A stretch of 64,000 nucleotides of DNA, from contig CAYSPY010000005.1 in the NCBI GenBank assembly GCA_964433325.1, forward strand, positions 15,953 through 79,952. Reading direction: 5' to 3'. This document shows positions 8,866 through 17,251 of the stretch, piece by piece. Position numbers and translations under genes: made by a program. The notes beneath the pieces were generated by a model, which saw only the letters and a program-made list of their open reading frames with translations, did not search any database and was not told the origin of the DNA. Source of the stretch: an uncultured Candidatus Peribacteria bacterium. GTDB lineage: Bacteria; Patescibacteriota; Gracilibacteria; Peribacterales; Peribacteraceae. Each line of letters starts with the position of its first letter. The stretch's first letter is position 1.

Positions 8866-9933
8866 ATGAATCGCACTCTTCCCCTTATTGCATTTTCTCT
8901 TTTGACACTATCGGCCTGTTCTTTTGGCTCATCCGATCCTGCCGGCACAACTGCTGGTGAGGTCACATCTTCTGCATCGTCGGAGGCAATGCCACCCGAA
9001 ACAAAGAACGTGCTGTACCGTGGAACACTAGAGAAGCAGGGTGTAAGTATTTTTATGGAAGGAACACACAGGCTTCGCCTGGAAGATGGGCGATACGTTT
9101 TGCTTTCCAGTGAAACAGTCGACCTTGGTGAATACATTGGGATGAATGTAGAAGTATTTGGCGCTGTACGCCCAACAGTAGAACAAGGCGGACTCATTAT
9201 GCGTGTGGAGCGTGTGACATCCCTTGAATCTTCATCAAGCTCTTCGTCGAGCGTGTCTTCCTCTACCTTCTGCGGTGGAATCGCTGCATTCAAGTGTCCA
9301 GATGGACAAGAGTGTATTGATGACCCGAACGATAGCTGTGACCCAATGAATGGTGGCGCTGACTGTGGTGGGATTTGTGTAGAGGCTTCATCATCATCCG
9401 AAGAAGTAAGCAGTTCATCTGTAGCCCCAGTAGTACCATCCTCGATTTCTTCGATTGCTTTGATTTCCTCTAAATCATCAGCATCTTCTAAGTCGTCTGT
9501 ATCCTCCGTAGCTGCAGCTCCAACATCCATCCCATCCGACTACCAAGCATCTGGTGAGCTTTCTGCAAAGGCTGCTGTAATGGCGAAGGATAAGATGGAT
9601 GCTTCTAACTGGACACAAGAGTACTGCTCAACCCACATGGGCTTCTGCTTCCCTGTTCACCGCAACTGGTGGTTCAAATCCTTTGGTGCGACATCTTCAA
9701 CATTCTGGCACATCGAAATTGGCCCATCAGAAATGAATAACTTGGGCGAAGGACCACTTACAGTAGATGTAGTAAGCGGCAACACCGCATCTGATGGATC
9801 CGTATCTGTACAAGGAGACACAGTTGTCGGCCTTCGTGCTTGGACAGGTGGTCGCCATATCGAAGTACGCGCCCCAGCTAGCCTAGAAGCTGCAGTTCGC
9901 TACCTCACCGAGCAGATTAAGCCCGCTCAATAA
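8866..9933 (+). CDS. Secreted lipoprotein with Ser-rich linkers and a Cys-rich module; function unknown
   Basis: Signal/lipobox LLTLSAC, poly-Ser linkers, CGGIAAFKCPDGQECIDDPNDSCDPMNGGADCGGIC, and a Trp-rich C-terminal domain. The 223-aa ORF on the opposite strand is a mirror artefact. Confidence 0.65.
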   Translation: MNRTLPLIAFSLLTLSACSFGSSDPAGTTAGEVTSSASSEAMPPETKNVLYRGTLEKQGVSIFMEGTHRLRLEDGRYVLLSSETVDLGEYIGMNVEVFGAVRPTVEQGGLIMRVERVTSLESSSSSSSSVSSSTFCGGIAAFKCPDGQECIDDPNDSCDPMNGGADCGGICVEASSSSEEVSSSSVAPVVPSSISSIALISSKSSASSKSSVSSVAAAPTSIPSDYQASGELSAKAAVMAKDKMDASNWTQEYCSTHMGFCFPVHRNWWFKSFGATSSTFWHIEIGPSEMNNLGEGPLTVDVVSGNTASDGSVSVQGDTVVGLRAWTGGRHIEVRAPASLEAAVRYLTEQIKPAQ

Positions 9934-9982
9934 GCGAACATTAGCCCTAGAAGCTGAAAGCTAGAAGCTATAAGCTCCTCGT

Positions 9983-10510
9983 ATGCCCTCATTCGCCTAC
10001 GTCGCCCGCACGTCCGAAGGAACGCTCGAACAAGGTTCCATAGAAGCGTTGTCCGTGGAAAAAGCACGTGCGGAGTTACATAAGCGCGGGCTAACGATCG
10101 AGGAGCTCGATGGTGATGATACGGCGGCTTTTAACGAAGCCCCGCTTTGGACCTCAACCGATGCAACACCTATGCGATCGGTAAAGTCTACGACAGTACA
10201 TACGAATGTGGCTGACCCGTCGTACATCCCCCTTACACAAACACTACGTCTGTTTGCTGGGTGGCTCATGGCGTGGTACGGCATTATTTACTTAGCCGGA
10301 AGGTATCGCGCTGATGGACGACTCCCATGGGACATTCCCGCAATTCAAGGATTATCGGAATCTCCATTAGTTTTGCGTTTTGCATTCGCAGTCTTTCTAT
10401 TTTTACTGTTGAGCGACATTCAAAAATGGACAGGGAAAGGATCACTGAAGGCTGTGATGCTGGGAATAGTCGGATTCATTACATTCGTGCTATTTTACTT
10501 AAACGTTTAA
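9983..10510 (+). CDS. Small membrane protein with a GspF/PilC-like N-terminal motif
   Basis: MPSFAYVARTSEGTLEQGSIEALSVEKARAELHKRGLTIEEL resembles the extreme N-terminus of type II secretion / type IV pilus platform proteins. The C-terminal half has 3 hydrophobic segments. Confidence 0.55.
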   Translation: MPSFAYVARTSEGTLEQGSIEALSVEKARAELHKRGLTIEELDGDDTAAFNEAPLWTSTDATPMRSVKSTTVHTNVADPSYIPLTQTLRLFAGWLMAWYGIIYLAGRYRADGRLPWDIPAIQGLSESPLVLRFAFAVFLFLLLSDIQKWTGKGSLKAVMLGIVGFITFVLFYLNV

Positions 10511-10515
10511 CACAC

Positions 10516-10541
10516 AAAAAACGCGGACCGGAGCCCGCGTT
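10516..10541. terminator. Bidirectional hairpin between convergent genes
   Basis: AAAAAACGCGG-accggagc-CCGCGTT. On the minus strand it is followed by TTTTTT, on the plus strand by CCTTGATTT. Confidence 0.5.
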
Positions 10542-10557
10542 CCTTGATTTCAAGATA

Positions 10558-11244
10558 TTACAGTCCCAACTGCTTTCGGATTTCATCCGCTTGTGATTGC
10601 TCGGTCTGCTTCGCTTGTGTCTGTACGTACATAGACTGCAAGTCTTTCCAATCGTCGCTGTGCTTCTGTTCTAGCTTCATCAGCTGCAACAAGTGCTTAG
10701 GCGAGAGTTCGCTGAACTTGCGTCGCTCTTCTTCCAAAATTTTTGCGAGCTCATCTACCTGGAACTGGCTGAGCTTTGGAATAGCCTGAATAATGCGCCA
10801 CTTTTCGTCGCGTGTAAGGGAGATACTCCCGCGGAGCAACGCCAAGAACAGCTGCTCATCAAAGGTTGTCTGCGGGTGAGCTGGAACAACCACGTTCTCG
10901 TTTGTAAGTGAAATGGCGATAGACCCAAAACGATAATTACCTACTTCGCCAAGTACGCGGATATCTTCGTCATCGTATCCCATTTCCTTTGTGGCAACTA
11001 CACCTGCTGGAGGTGGTGGAGGGCCCTGATCCTGTGCTGGAGGAGCACCAGAACCATCATCGCCCATACCGGATCCATCGTCTCCCATACCGGCTCCGCC
11101 GCCCATAGGCTGTGCGCCCATGGAAGCAGGAGGCATTGGCGGGGTCGCAAATACTTGTGTTGGGTCAAGTCCATCGGCAGGAACATCGTCGCCAGGACGT
11201 GGTGGTGGGACCGGTGTTCCTTGTGTGGTCTGATCGTCAGCCAT
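10558..11244 (-). CDS. Hypothetical protein with Pro/Gly-rich N-terminus (GMGDDGSG repeat) and helical C-terminal domain
   Basis: 228-aa ORF with a clear coding-like C-terminal half (..LALLRGSISLTRDEKWRIIQAIPKLSQFQVDELAKILEEERRKF..). No known family recognised. Confidence 0.6.
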   Translation of the reverse strand: MADDQTTQGTPVPPPRPGDDVPADGLDPTQVFATPPMPPASMGAQPMGGGAGMGDDGSGMGDDGSGAPPAQDQGPPPPPAGVVATKEMGYDDEDIRVLGEVGNYRFGSIAISLTNENVVVPAHPQTTFDEQLFLALLRGSISLTRDEKWRIIQAIPKLSQFQVDELAKILEEERRKFSELSPKHLLQLMKLEQKHSDDWKDLQSMYVQTQAKQTEQSQADEIRKQLGL

Positions 11245-11331
11245 GAGAAAAATGGGGAATTCACTCCTAGTTTAGGAGGTCTAGAAGCGGGAAACAACGG
11301 GAAATGAATGATTATGCTGACTTCATGCATT

Positions 11332-11360
11332 AAAAAACGGACAGCATCCCTGCTGTCCGT
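11332..11360 (-). terminator. Rho-independent terminator downstream of the CPBP protease gene
   Basis: Minus strand reads ACGGACAGC-aggga-GCTGTCCGT followed by TTTTTT, 16 nt after the stop at 11376. Confidence 0.6.
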
Positions 11361-11375
11361 GAAAGGTTTCCCACT

Positions 11376-12272
11376 TCACTCCCGATCCCTGGAGCATTTG
11401 CGCGCAATGTACCGCACAATATCGAATTCCAAGTCGTAGATGACATGGATCGCAATGGCAGTCCAAAGCCCATGGTGCAATGTGGCGTAGATCATCACAA
11501 ACCCAACGACCCATGAGTTTACATAGCCAATCGGCCCTTGGTATTTGTGACCGTCACGAAATGCAGCATTTGCAGCGACCATCCCATAAACAATCATCCG
11601 CGGATGATCACCATAGAAAATGTCGGAGAAAAATCCGATCGTCACGAAGTTCACGACTGGGATAATCAAGTAGTCGTAGAACCAATGCATGGGATTGCTG
11701 TGCATGAACGTCCAATGCCCTGCATACAACCCCATAATTCCAATGATAAGCCCGACACATAGACACACGAAGCGACCAGCTACCGGCCCTTCTGTGGTAG
11801 ACATGTAGATCAGAAATCCACCAATTCCACAGATCACGAGAAGAACTGGCAGTGTCATCAGCATGGCAATCAGTTCGTTCGAAAACCAAATTGCAATCAT
11901 CGATGTGCAGACGAAGACGCACCGGAACCCGAATTCTTCCCACAAACCTGCAAGCAGGCTCGTGACCATGCCCTTAGCGAGCAACTCTTCATCGTAGCGA
12001 CTCGCAACGACAGACAAACCACTCAGACTTGCCATAACGCTGGCATAGAGCATGAGTGGCCAAAAATTCAGAATCTTGGCAACGCTTGTCATCTCCATGT
12101 ACGGGAAATTGAAAAACTCAGGGCTGACCCACTCTGCCACCAGCAGCACAAGTGATGTCCCAATAAGGGCCACAATTGCTTGCGTCTGGTAATCAAAGAG
12201 TGATTCCGTATGCCTCATCTCTTTCTCGCCATGGCTCAAGACAATTACATCATCCATCTGCTGCAACGACAT
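11376..12272 (-). CDS. CPBP family intramembrane glutamic endopeptidase (CAAX protease-like)
   Basis: Polytopic membrane protein with LWEEFGFRCVF (EExxFR motif) and a later AIAIHVIYD histidine motif. Confidence 0.72.
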   Translation of the reverse strand: MSLQQMDDVIVLSHGEKEMRHTESLFDYQTQAIVALIGTSLVLLVAEWVSPEFFNFPYMEMTSVAKILNFWPLMLYASVMASLSGLSVVASRYDEELLAKGMVTSLLAGLWEEFGFRCVFVCTSMIAIWFSNELIAMLMTLPVLLVICGIGGFLIYMSTTEGPVAGRFVCLCVGLIIGIMGLYAGHWTFMHSNPMHWFYDYLIIPVVNFVTIGFFSDIFYGDHPRMIVYGMVAANAAFRDGHKYQGPIGYVNSWVVGFVMIYATLHHGLWTAIAIHVIYDLEFDIVRYIARKCSRDRE

Positions 12273-12374
12273 GTCGCAAACCCCTTTCTAGAACAGTGAA
12301 GTGTGAAAGAACGCATGTTGTTGCCAACATTAAATATATAATGGAACTTTTATTATTTATTGTCAATTTCTAGT

Positions 12375-14417
12375 TTACGCTGATTTCCCCGCACTAATTC
12401 CAAGCATCCGTTCCGCAGCTTGCCTGGCTTTAACCACTAGTTCAGGCTGGAACAAGTGTGGAAACTGGAATTCAGGGAGTCCACTCTGGCGGGTTCCGAA
12501 AAGCTCACCCGGACCGCGAAGCTTCAAATCAATTTCCGCCAATTGAAAACCGGAATCGAAATCTTCCATCGCTTTGAGTCGTGGGGACTTCGCTTGTTCG
12601 GGCGTTGTGGTAAATAGGAAGCAATAACTCTGGTGATCGCTACGACCAACGCGTCCACGGAACTGGTGGAGCTGTGCTAGGCCAAAACGTTCTGCGCCCT
12701 CAATAATCATGATGGTGCTGTTAGGTACATCAATGCCAACTTCGATCACCGATGTTGAAACGAGGATGTTGTATTGCTTATCTTTAAATTCACGCAGGAT
12801 TGATTCTTTTTCTACCGGCGTCATTTTACCGTGGAGCATCGCGATCTTTCTGTGAGGGAATCCTTCTCGCAAACGCTTTACTTCCTGCTCGACGCTTTTT
12901 ACTTCTTTGATCTCCTCTGCTTCGGAACCAGTAATGAGTGGGCAAACAACAAATGTTTGTCGGCCTTCGGTGATTTGTTGATCAATAAATAACTCAACGG
13001 TCTTTCGATCGTTTGGGGAAACCACTTTTGTTTTAATCACCTTACGATTACCGGGTTTCTCCAGGAGTACTGATAAATCGTGATCGCCATACGCTGTGAG
13101 AGCGAGTGTTCGTGGAATAGGTGTCGCTGTCATCGCCAAAAAGTGTGGCATGCCTTTATCTTTGAGCCTCGCACGTTGATTCACACCAAAGCGATGCTGT
13201 TCGTCGACAATCACAAGTTTGAGATTCTTAAATTGCACAGTGTCTTCAATGAGCGCATGTGTCCCAATGACCATATCAACTCTGCCGTCGATCAACCCCT
13301 GTTTGATCGCAAGAGATTCCGATGCAACGGTAGAACCTGTAAGTAGTGCAACATTCGGCAAGCGGAAGTCCTGTCCCCTGCCCTCTTTGTGTAAATAATC
13401 GTGGAGCGTAAGGAGTAACCGCGACACGTTTTCCGCATGCTGGCGTGCGAGTACTTCGGTTGGGACCATCAACGCACTCTGCGCCCCGTGGCGATGCACA
13501 GTTGCCATCACGGCAGTTGCCACCAGAGTTTTTCCTGAACCCACATCTCCCTCGAGCAGTCGCGACATCGGCACATCTTTTTCCATATCGCGAAGAATTT
13601 CGTAGATAGCGATTTTTTGGCTCCCCGTAGGCGTAAATTTGAGTGACGCGAAAAAACTTTTAATAAGTTCGACATCCATGGGGATTATCAGACGTTCTTG
13701 ATGCTCCCCCTGCCATTCTTTTTTCCGTTCGAGCGCATCCATTTGCACGTCGTACATTTCTTCAAATGCCATGCGATGTTGCGCACGTTCAACATCCTCG
13801 GGCTTTTCTGGGAAGTGCAAAGCCCTCACTGATTCTGTCCGTGTCATCAACCCTTCTTCTTCTAAGATTCTTTCGGGCAATGTTTCGGGCAGTAGATTGA
13901 TCGCTTCTTTTATGAGCACCATCTTTTCGCGCAGCCAATGCGTACTGATGATGTCATGCTGCGGATACACGGGAACCAATCGCCCGGCGTGGACGAGTGG
14001 GCGTGAGCCAGCAATTTCGAATTGTGGGCTTTGGAATTGGAGTTTGTAGCCTTTCTCAGTCAGCTTTCCGGTGAGCACAACCTCACTCCTATCGGGGAGC
14101 ATGCGTTTAATATGGGGCTGGTTAAACCAAATCACTTCTGCAGTCCCCCCCTCGGTATCGGTGAATACTGTCTGCACTATAAATTTCCCACCACGAATAC
14201 GCGTCATCTTCATTTCCCCAATCGCCCCACGGACCGATGCTTTTTGCCCTAGTGGAACATCTGCCAAGGTAACGATGTTACTAAGGTCTTCGTGCAACCT
14301 AGGGAGATATGCGAGCAAATCCCCTACTGTTTTAAGGCCCATAGAATCCAGTGCATCGATATGGTCCTTCGTGGAACGAAGAACCTTTTCTAGCGGCGTT
14401 TTAAGCGTCATCGCCAT
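12375..14417 (-). CDS. recG: ATP-dependent DNA helicase RecG
   Basis: 680 aa. N-terminal wedge/OB region, then DVGSGKT (Walker A), VVDEQHRFGV (DEQH box), TATPIPRTL and HQFRGRVGR motifs. Confidence 0.93.
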   Translation of the reverse strand: MAMTLKTPLEKVLRSTKDHIDALDSMGLKTVGDLLAYLPRLHEDLSNIVTLADVPLGQKASVRGAIGEMKMTRIRGGKFIVQTVFTDTEGGTAEVIWFNQPHIKRMLPDRSEVVLTGKLTEKGYKLQFQSPQFEIAGSRPLVHAGRLVPVYPQHDIISTHWLREKMVLIKEAINLLPETLPERILEEEGLMTRTESVRALHFPEKPEDVERAQHRMAFEEMYDVQMDALERKKEWQGEHQERLIIPMDVELIKSFFASLKFTPTGSQKIAIYEILRDMEKDVPMSRLLEGDVGSGKTLVATAVMATVHRHGAQSALMVPTEVLARQHAENVSRLLLTLHDYLHKEGRGQDFRLPNVALLTGSTVASESLAIKQGLIDGRVDMVIGTHALIEDTVQFKNLKLVIVDEQHRFGVNQRARLKDKGMPHFLAMTATPIPRTLALTAYGDHDLSVLLEKPGNRKVIKTKVVSPNDRKTVELFIDQQITEGRQTFVVCPLITGSEAEEIKEVKSVEQEVKRLREGFPHRKIAMLHGKMTPVEKESILREFKDKQYNILVSTSVIEVGIDVPNSTIMIIEGAERFGLAQLHQFRGRVGRSDHQSYCFLFTTTPEQAKSPRLKAMEDFDSGFQLAEIDLKLRGPGELFGTRQSGLPEFQFPHLFQPELVVKARQAAERMLGISAGKSA

Positions 14418-14425
14418 GTAGCGAT

Positions 14426-14434
14426 ACTATAACA
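14426..14434 (-). promoter_or_regulatory. Extended -10 element TGTTATAGT upstream of recG
   Basis: Minus strand reads ..TTTGTTATAGTatcgctacATG, so the -10 ends 8 nt before the recG ATG. This is the same layout as other genes in the window. Confidence 0.35.
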
Positions 14435-14460
14435 AAGTGGATGGTCGTACACCATTTATG

Positions 14461-14494
14461 AAAAAAGATCCGGTAGCCACGAGGTGGCTACCGG
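14461..14494 (-). terminator. Rho-independent terminator about 120 nt downstream of miaA
   Basis: Minus strand reads CCGGTAGCCAC-ctc-GTGGCTACCGG followed by ATCTTTTTT. Confidence 0.65.
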
Positions 14495-14612
14495 ACCGGG
14501 CGTTGTAATGGGACGACAAGGTCCCCTCGAAGCTCCCAGCTCCTCCTTGTCATCCTCAAACGCTCTGATGCGAGTATGCCCCTCTTTGAGACTTCATCAA
14601 GATAAATATCTT

Positions 14613-15545
14613 TTACATTGCTAATGCATCGATCCACAAAATTCTTTCATCGGGCTCCCACCATGTCATCTGCCTTTTTGCATACTGTCGCGTCTTTGCG
14701 GCAATCACATCTTCCAGCGCTCTTGGATCCCGATCTTCGGACGATAGCCACTGCATAATTTCGCGGTAGCCGTGGCTCTTCATCCCGGGGTCAGCAACCG
14801 TATATCCTTTATCAAGCAGACCCTCTACTTCTTCGATCCAACCGGACTTGAGTAACTGATGTGTACGCTCATCAATGCGCTTGGTAAGCGTCTCACGTGG
14901 CCAGTACATCCCGAACTGAAGTATGTCGTAGGGGGGTGGAATCGTTTTTTTGAGCTCGGAAGGTTTATGTCCGGTCATTTCGTACAGCTCCATCGCGCGC
15001 ACAACGTATCGCTTATTCTGCTTTTCAAATGACTTCGCAGTAACGGGATCGATTTCTACCAGTTTGTCATAGAGCGTCCATCCATCGTCTTTGTCCCACT
15101 CGGCTTCCAACTTTTCACGAATTGCTGGGTCTGCTGGTGGGAGTGGATCAAGCCCGTCGACCACTGCAGAGATGTACAGCATCGAACCACCAACCAGAAT
15201 TGGCACAACACCGCGCGCATGACAATCATCAATCACCTTTGTCGCCATCTCTTTATACTGTGCGATGGTGACATCCTCATGCGGGTCGATGACACCGAAC
15301 AAATGATGCGGAATTCCCTTTTTCTCTTCCTCTGTTATTTTCGCCGTTCCGATGTTAAGAAACTTGTACAACTGACGAGAATCGCCATTAAGAATCTCAG
15401 CTTTTTTTAGGTGATCCGCTAGCTCGATCGAAAAGCCTGTTTTACCACTGGCAGTTGGTCCCAGCACTACGATGAGTGGCTTACTGGAGCGCTCAACAAG
15501 ATCATCTACGAGTTGCTGCCAATGGAGACCTTCGATCTTCTTCAT
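14613..15545 (-). CDS. miaA: tRNA dimethylallyltransferase
   Basis: LIVVLGPTASGKT P-loop, ..IPHHLFGVIDP.., ..VGGSMLYISAV.., C-terminal ..AKRQMTWW.. Start trimmed to the ATG at 15545 (MKKIEGL..). Confidence 0.92.
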   Translation of the reverse strand: MKKIEGLHWQQLVDDLVERSSKPLIVVLGPTASGKTGFSIELADHLKKAEILNGDSRQLYKFLNIGTAKITEEEKKGIPHHLFGVIDPHEDVTIAQYKEMATKVIDDCHARGVVPILVGGSMLYISAVVDGLDPLPPADPAIREKLEAEWDKDDGWTLYDKLVEIDPVTAKSFEKQNKRYVVRAMELYEMTGHKPSELKKTIPPPYDILQFGMYWPRETLTKRIDERTHQLLKSGWIEEVEGLLDKGYTVADPGMKSHGYREIMQWLSSEDRDPRALEDVIAAKTRQYAKRQMTWWEPDERILWIDALAM

Positions 15546-15656
15546 GTGTTCATCGACATTACACCATATTCGTATGGCGCTGCATACTGCGCGAAACGGC
15601 AAAATCGGGCTATAATAAAAGCGAACAGATTCAAATTTCCTGAATTCTGCATTCTC

Positions 15657-15674
15657 AATTCTCCATTCTCAATT
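15657..15674 (+). promoter_or_regulatory. 18-nt motif AATTCTCCATTCTCAATT upstream of clpP, also found upstream of thrS
   Basis: Exact 18-mer 53 nt upstream of the clpP ATG. Its reverse complement lies at 60249-60266, 50 nt upstream of the minus-strand thrS ATG, so both have the same orientation relative to the gene. Confidence 0.4.
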
Positions 15675-15726
15675 CCGTATGCATCCATCCATTCAATCCA
15701 TTTCTTCGCAGATCAACCGTGGTCAC

Positions 15727-16317
15727 ATGACCCCCATGAACTTCGTCGTCCCCACCGTTATTGAAAAAACACAGTTCGGTGAGCGCGTATACGACATCTA
15801 CTCTCGCTTGATGGAAGAGCGCATCATTTTCCTTGGAACAGGTATTAACGATGATGTTGCTAATACCATCATTGCTCAGCTGCTCTTTTTGGAAAAAGAA
15901 GACGCAAAGAAAGATATTACGATGTACGTGAACTCCCCTGGTGGACAGGTGACATCCACTCTTGCGATGTACGACACAATGCAGCATGTTAAGCCTGACG
16001 TTTCCACGGTATGTTTGGGCATGGCTGCTTCTGGTGGTGCAATCATTTTGATGGGTGGAGCAAAGGGTAAGCGTTTTGCCCTTAAGCACAGTGAAATTAT
16101 GATTCACCAACCACTTGGTGGAACAGAAGGACAAGCAACTGACATTGCGATCCATGCGGAGCACATTGTTGGTATGAAGAACATGCTGAACGAAATGATT
16201 GCCGAGCATTCCGGCCAGAAGATCGAAAAGGTGAAGCAAGATACAGAGCGCGATAAGTTCATGAGCTCTAAGGAAGCACTTGCCTACGGACTTATCGATA
16301 AGATCATTGGCGGGTAA
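15727..16317 (+). CDS. clpP: ATP-dependent Clp protease proteolytic subunit
   Basis: [30 protein letters not shown].., catalytic Ser context GMAASGGA, His context MIHQPLGG. Start trimmed to the ATG at 15727. Confidence 0.93.
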   Translation: MTPMNFVVPTVIEKTQFGERVYDIYSRLMEERIIFLGTGINDDVANTIIAQLLFLEKEDAKKDITMYVNSPGGQVTSTLAMYDTMQHVKPDVSTVCLGMAASGGAIILMGGAKGKRFALKHSEIMIHQPLGGTEGQATDIAIHAEHIVGMKNMLNEMIAEHSGQKIEKVKQDTERDKFMSSKEALAYGLIDKIIGG

Positions 16318-16340
16318 TTATTCCTCTTGATTCCTAAAAA

Positions 16341-16372
16341 GCAGACACATCGAAATATCTGTCTGCTTTTTT
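16341..16372 (+). terminator. Rho-independent terminator after clpP
   Basis: GCAGACA-catcgaaatatc-TGTCTGC followed by TTTTTT. It is preceded by AAAAA, so it may act in both directions. Confidence 0.7.
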
Positions 16373-16400
16373 ATTTCTGTCTCAACAAGATACGAACATT

Positions 16401-16433
16401 AAAAAAAACGGACCGCCTGTGCGTGCGATCCGT
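16401..16433 (-). terminator. Rho-independent terminator after the Cys-rich-tail membrane protein gene
   Basis: Minus strand reads ACGGATCGC-acgcacag-GCGGTCCGT (one G-U pair) followed by TTTTTTTT. Confidence 0.65.
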
Positions 16434-16456
16434 CTCTTACCTAACGCGAATGTGAA

Positions 16457-17041
16457 TTACTTCCTCTTCGCTACCGGCTTCTTCTTTGGCATTGGCTTCT
16501 TTGTTGCAACAGGTACTACAGGCGCACTCTTTGCGACTGGTGACTTTGTTGGCATTGGTCGTGACATTGGCATAGGCATTGGCTTGTCGCCGCAGTTACA
16601 GTTAGCCATGCCGCATGCACAACCTACTGCACATCCTGTACCGCAGGAAGATTTTTTAAGAACCATCAGGAGAACAATGATCCAGATAAGAGCGTTGGTC
16701 GCTGCAGGCATTGTGTCACCGAGGGAAATTCCGCTGATTGCAGACTTAAGCAGAGTCCCAGCTGGAATAGATGCCAACGCAATTGCAGATGCGTAGGCAG
16801 CAGTCTCGAGGAAGACACCGAACGCAAGGAGCAATCCGCCAAGAATCATTGCAGCAGGCAGAACATAGCCCCAGACAAGACCGATTGGCTCAAGAACTCC
16901 AAGCCCGCGGCTTACCTGTTCGGCAAAAAGTGGATCTTGGTAGTGCGCGAAACCAACGAACGCGAGCGACAGACCGAAACCGATCCGTGCGAACATTCGT
17001 GCCGCAGCCTTTGGGCTACCATGTGGAAGAGAACAGCACAT
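16457..17041 (-). CDS. Integral membrane protein (DoxX-like topology) with Cys-rich and Lys/Pro-rich C-terminal tail
   Basis: Four hydrophobic segments, then SSCGTGCAVGCACGMANCNCGDKPMPMPMSRPMPTKSPVAK...KKKPVAKRK. Start uncertain: ATG at 17041 or 16996; the ORF track extends to 17131. Confidence 0.55.
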   Translation of the reverse strand: MCCSLPHGSPKAAARMFARIGFGLSLAFVGFAHYQDPLFAEQVSRGLGVLEPIGLVWGYVLPAAMILGGLLLAFGVFLETAAYASAIALASIPAGTLLKSAISGISLGDTMPAATNALIWIIVLLMVLKKSSCGTGCAVGCACGMANCNCGDKPMPMPMSRPMPTKSPVAKSAPVVPVATKKPMPKKKPVAKRK

Positions 17042-17251
17042 AAAATTCTGAAGGAAGAAATGGAAAGTGGAATGTAGTGTGCAACAACTGTGTTCATTCC
17101 TCAACGGTTGAATGTGTAGATGCTCTTGCAACGAATGAAGAAGAGTTACGAGATAAGGCTATGAGAACACGATCTTCGAAGTAGCAAAAACATTCCTATG
17201 ACCGTCGAACCACGTAGCTCACAGCTATGTTTTCCGCTATGCTCTGCGCCA

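Noticed and set aside
8859-9530. 223-aa minus-strand ORF rich in Asp, Glu and Ser
   Set aside because: It is the antisense mirror of the Ser-rich linker regions of the plus-strand lipoprotein gene (8866-9933). The plus-strand gene has a lipobox signal peptide and a coherent domain structure. The antisense product is low-complexity.
15655-16239. 194-aa minus-strand ORF opposite clpP; similar shadow ORFs inside gnd, tkt, recG, nrnA (52828-53409), infB, thrS and others
   Set aside because: All lie fully inside strongly supported conserved genes on the other strand or in another frame, and they have odd Cys/His/Arg-rich composition. These are typical shadow ORFs.
16419-16796. 125-aa plus-strand ORF antisense to the Cys-rich-tail membrane protein
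   Set aside because: The minus-strand frame gives regular TM helices and is bracketed by a terminator on its own strand. The plus-strand product is Gly/Phe/Ile low-complexity.
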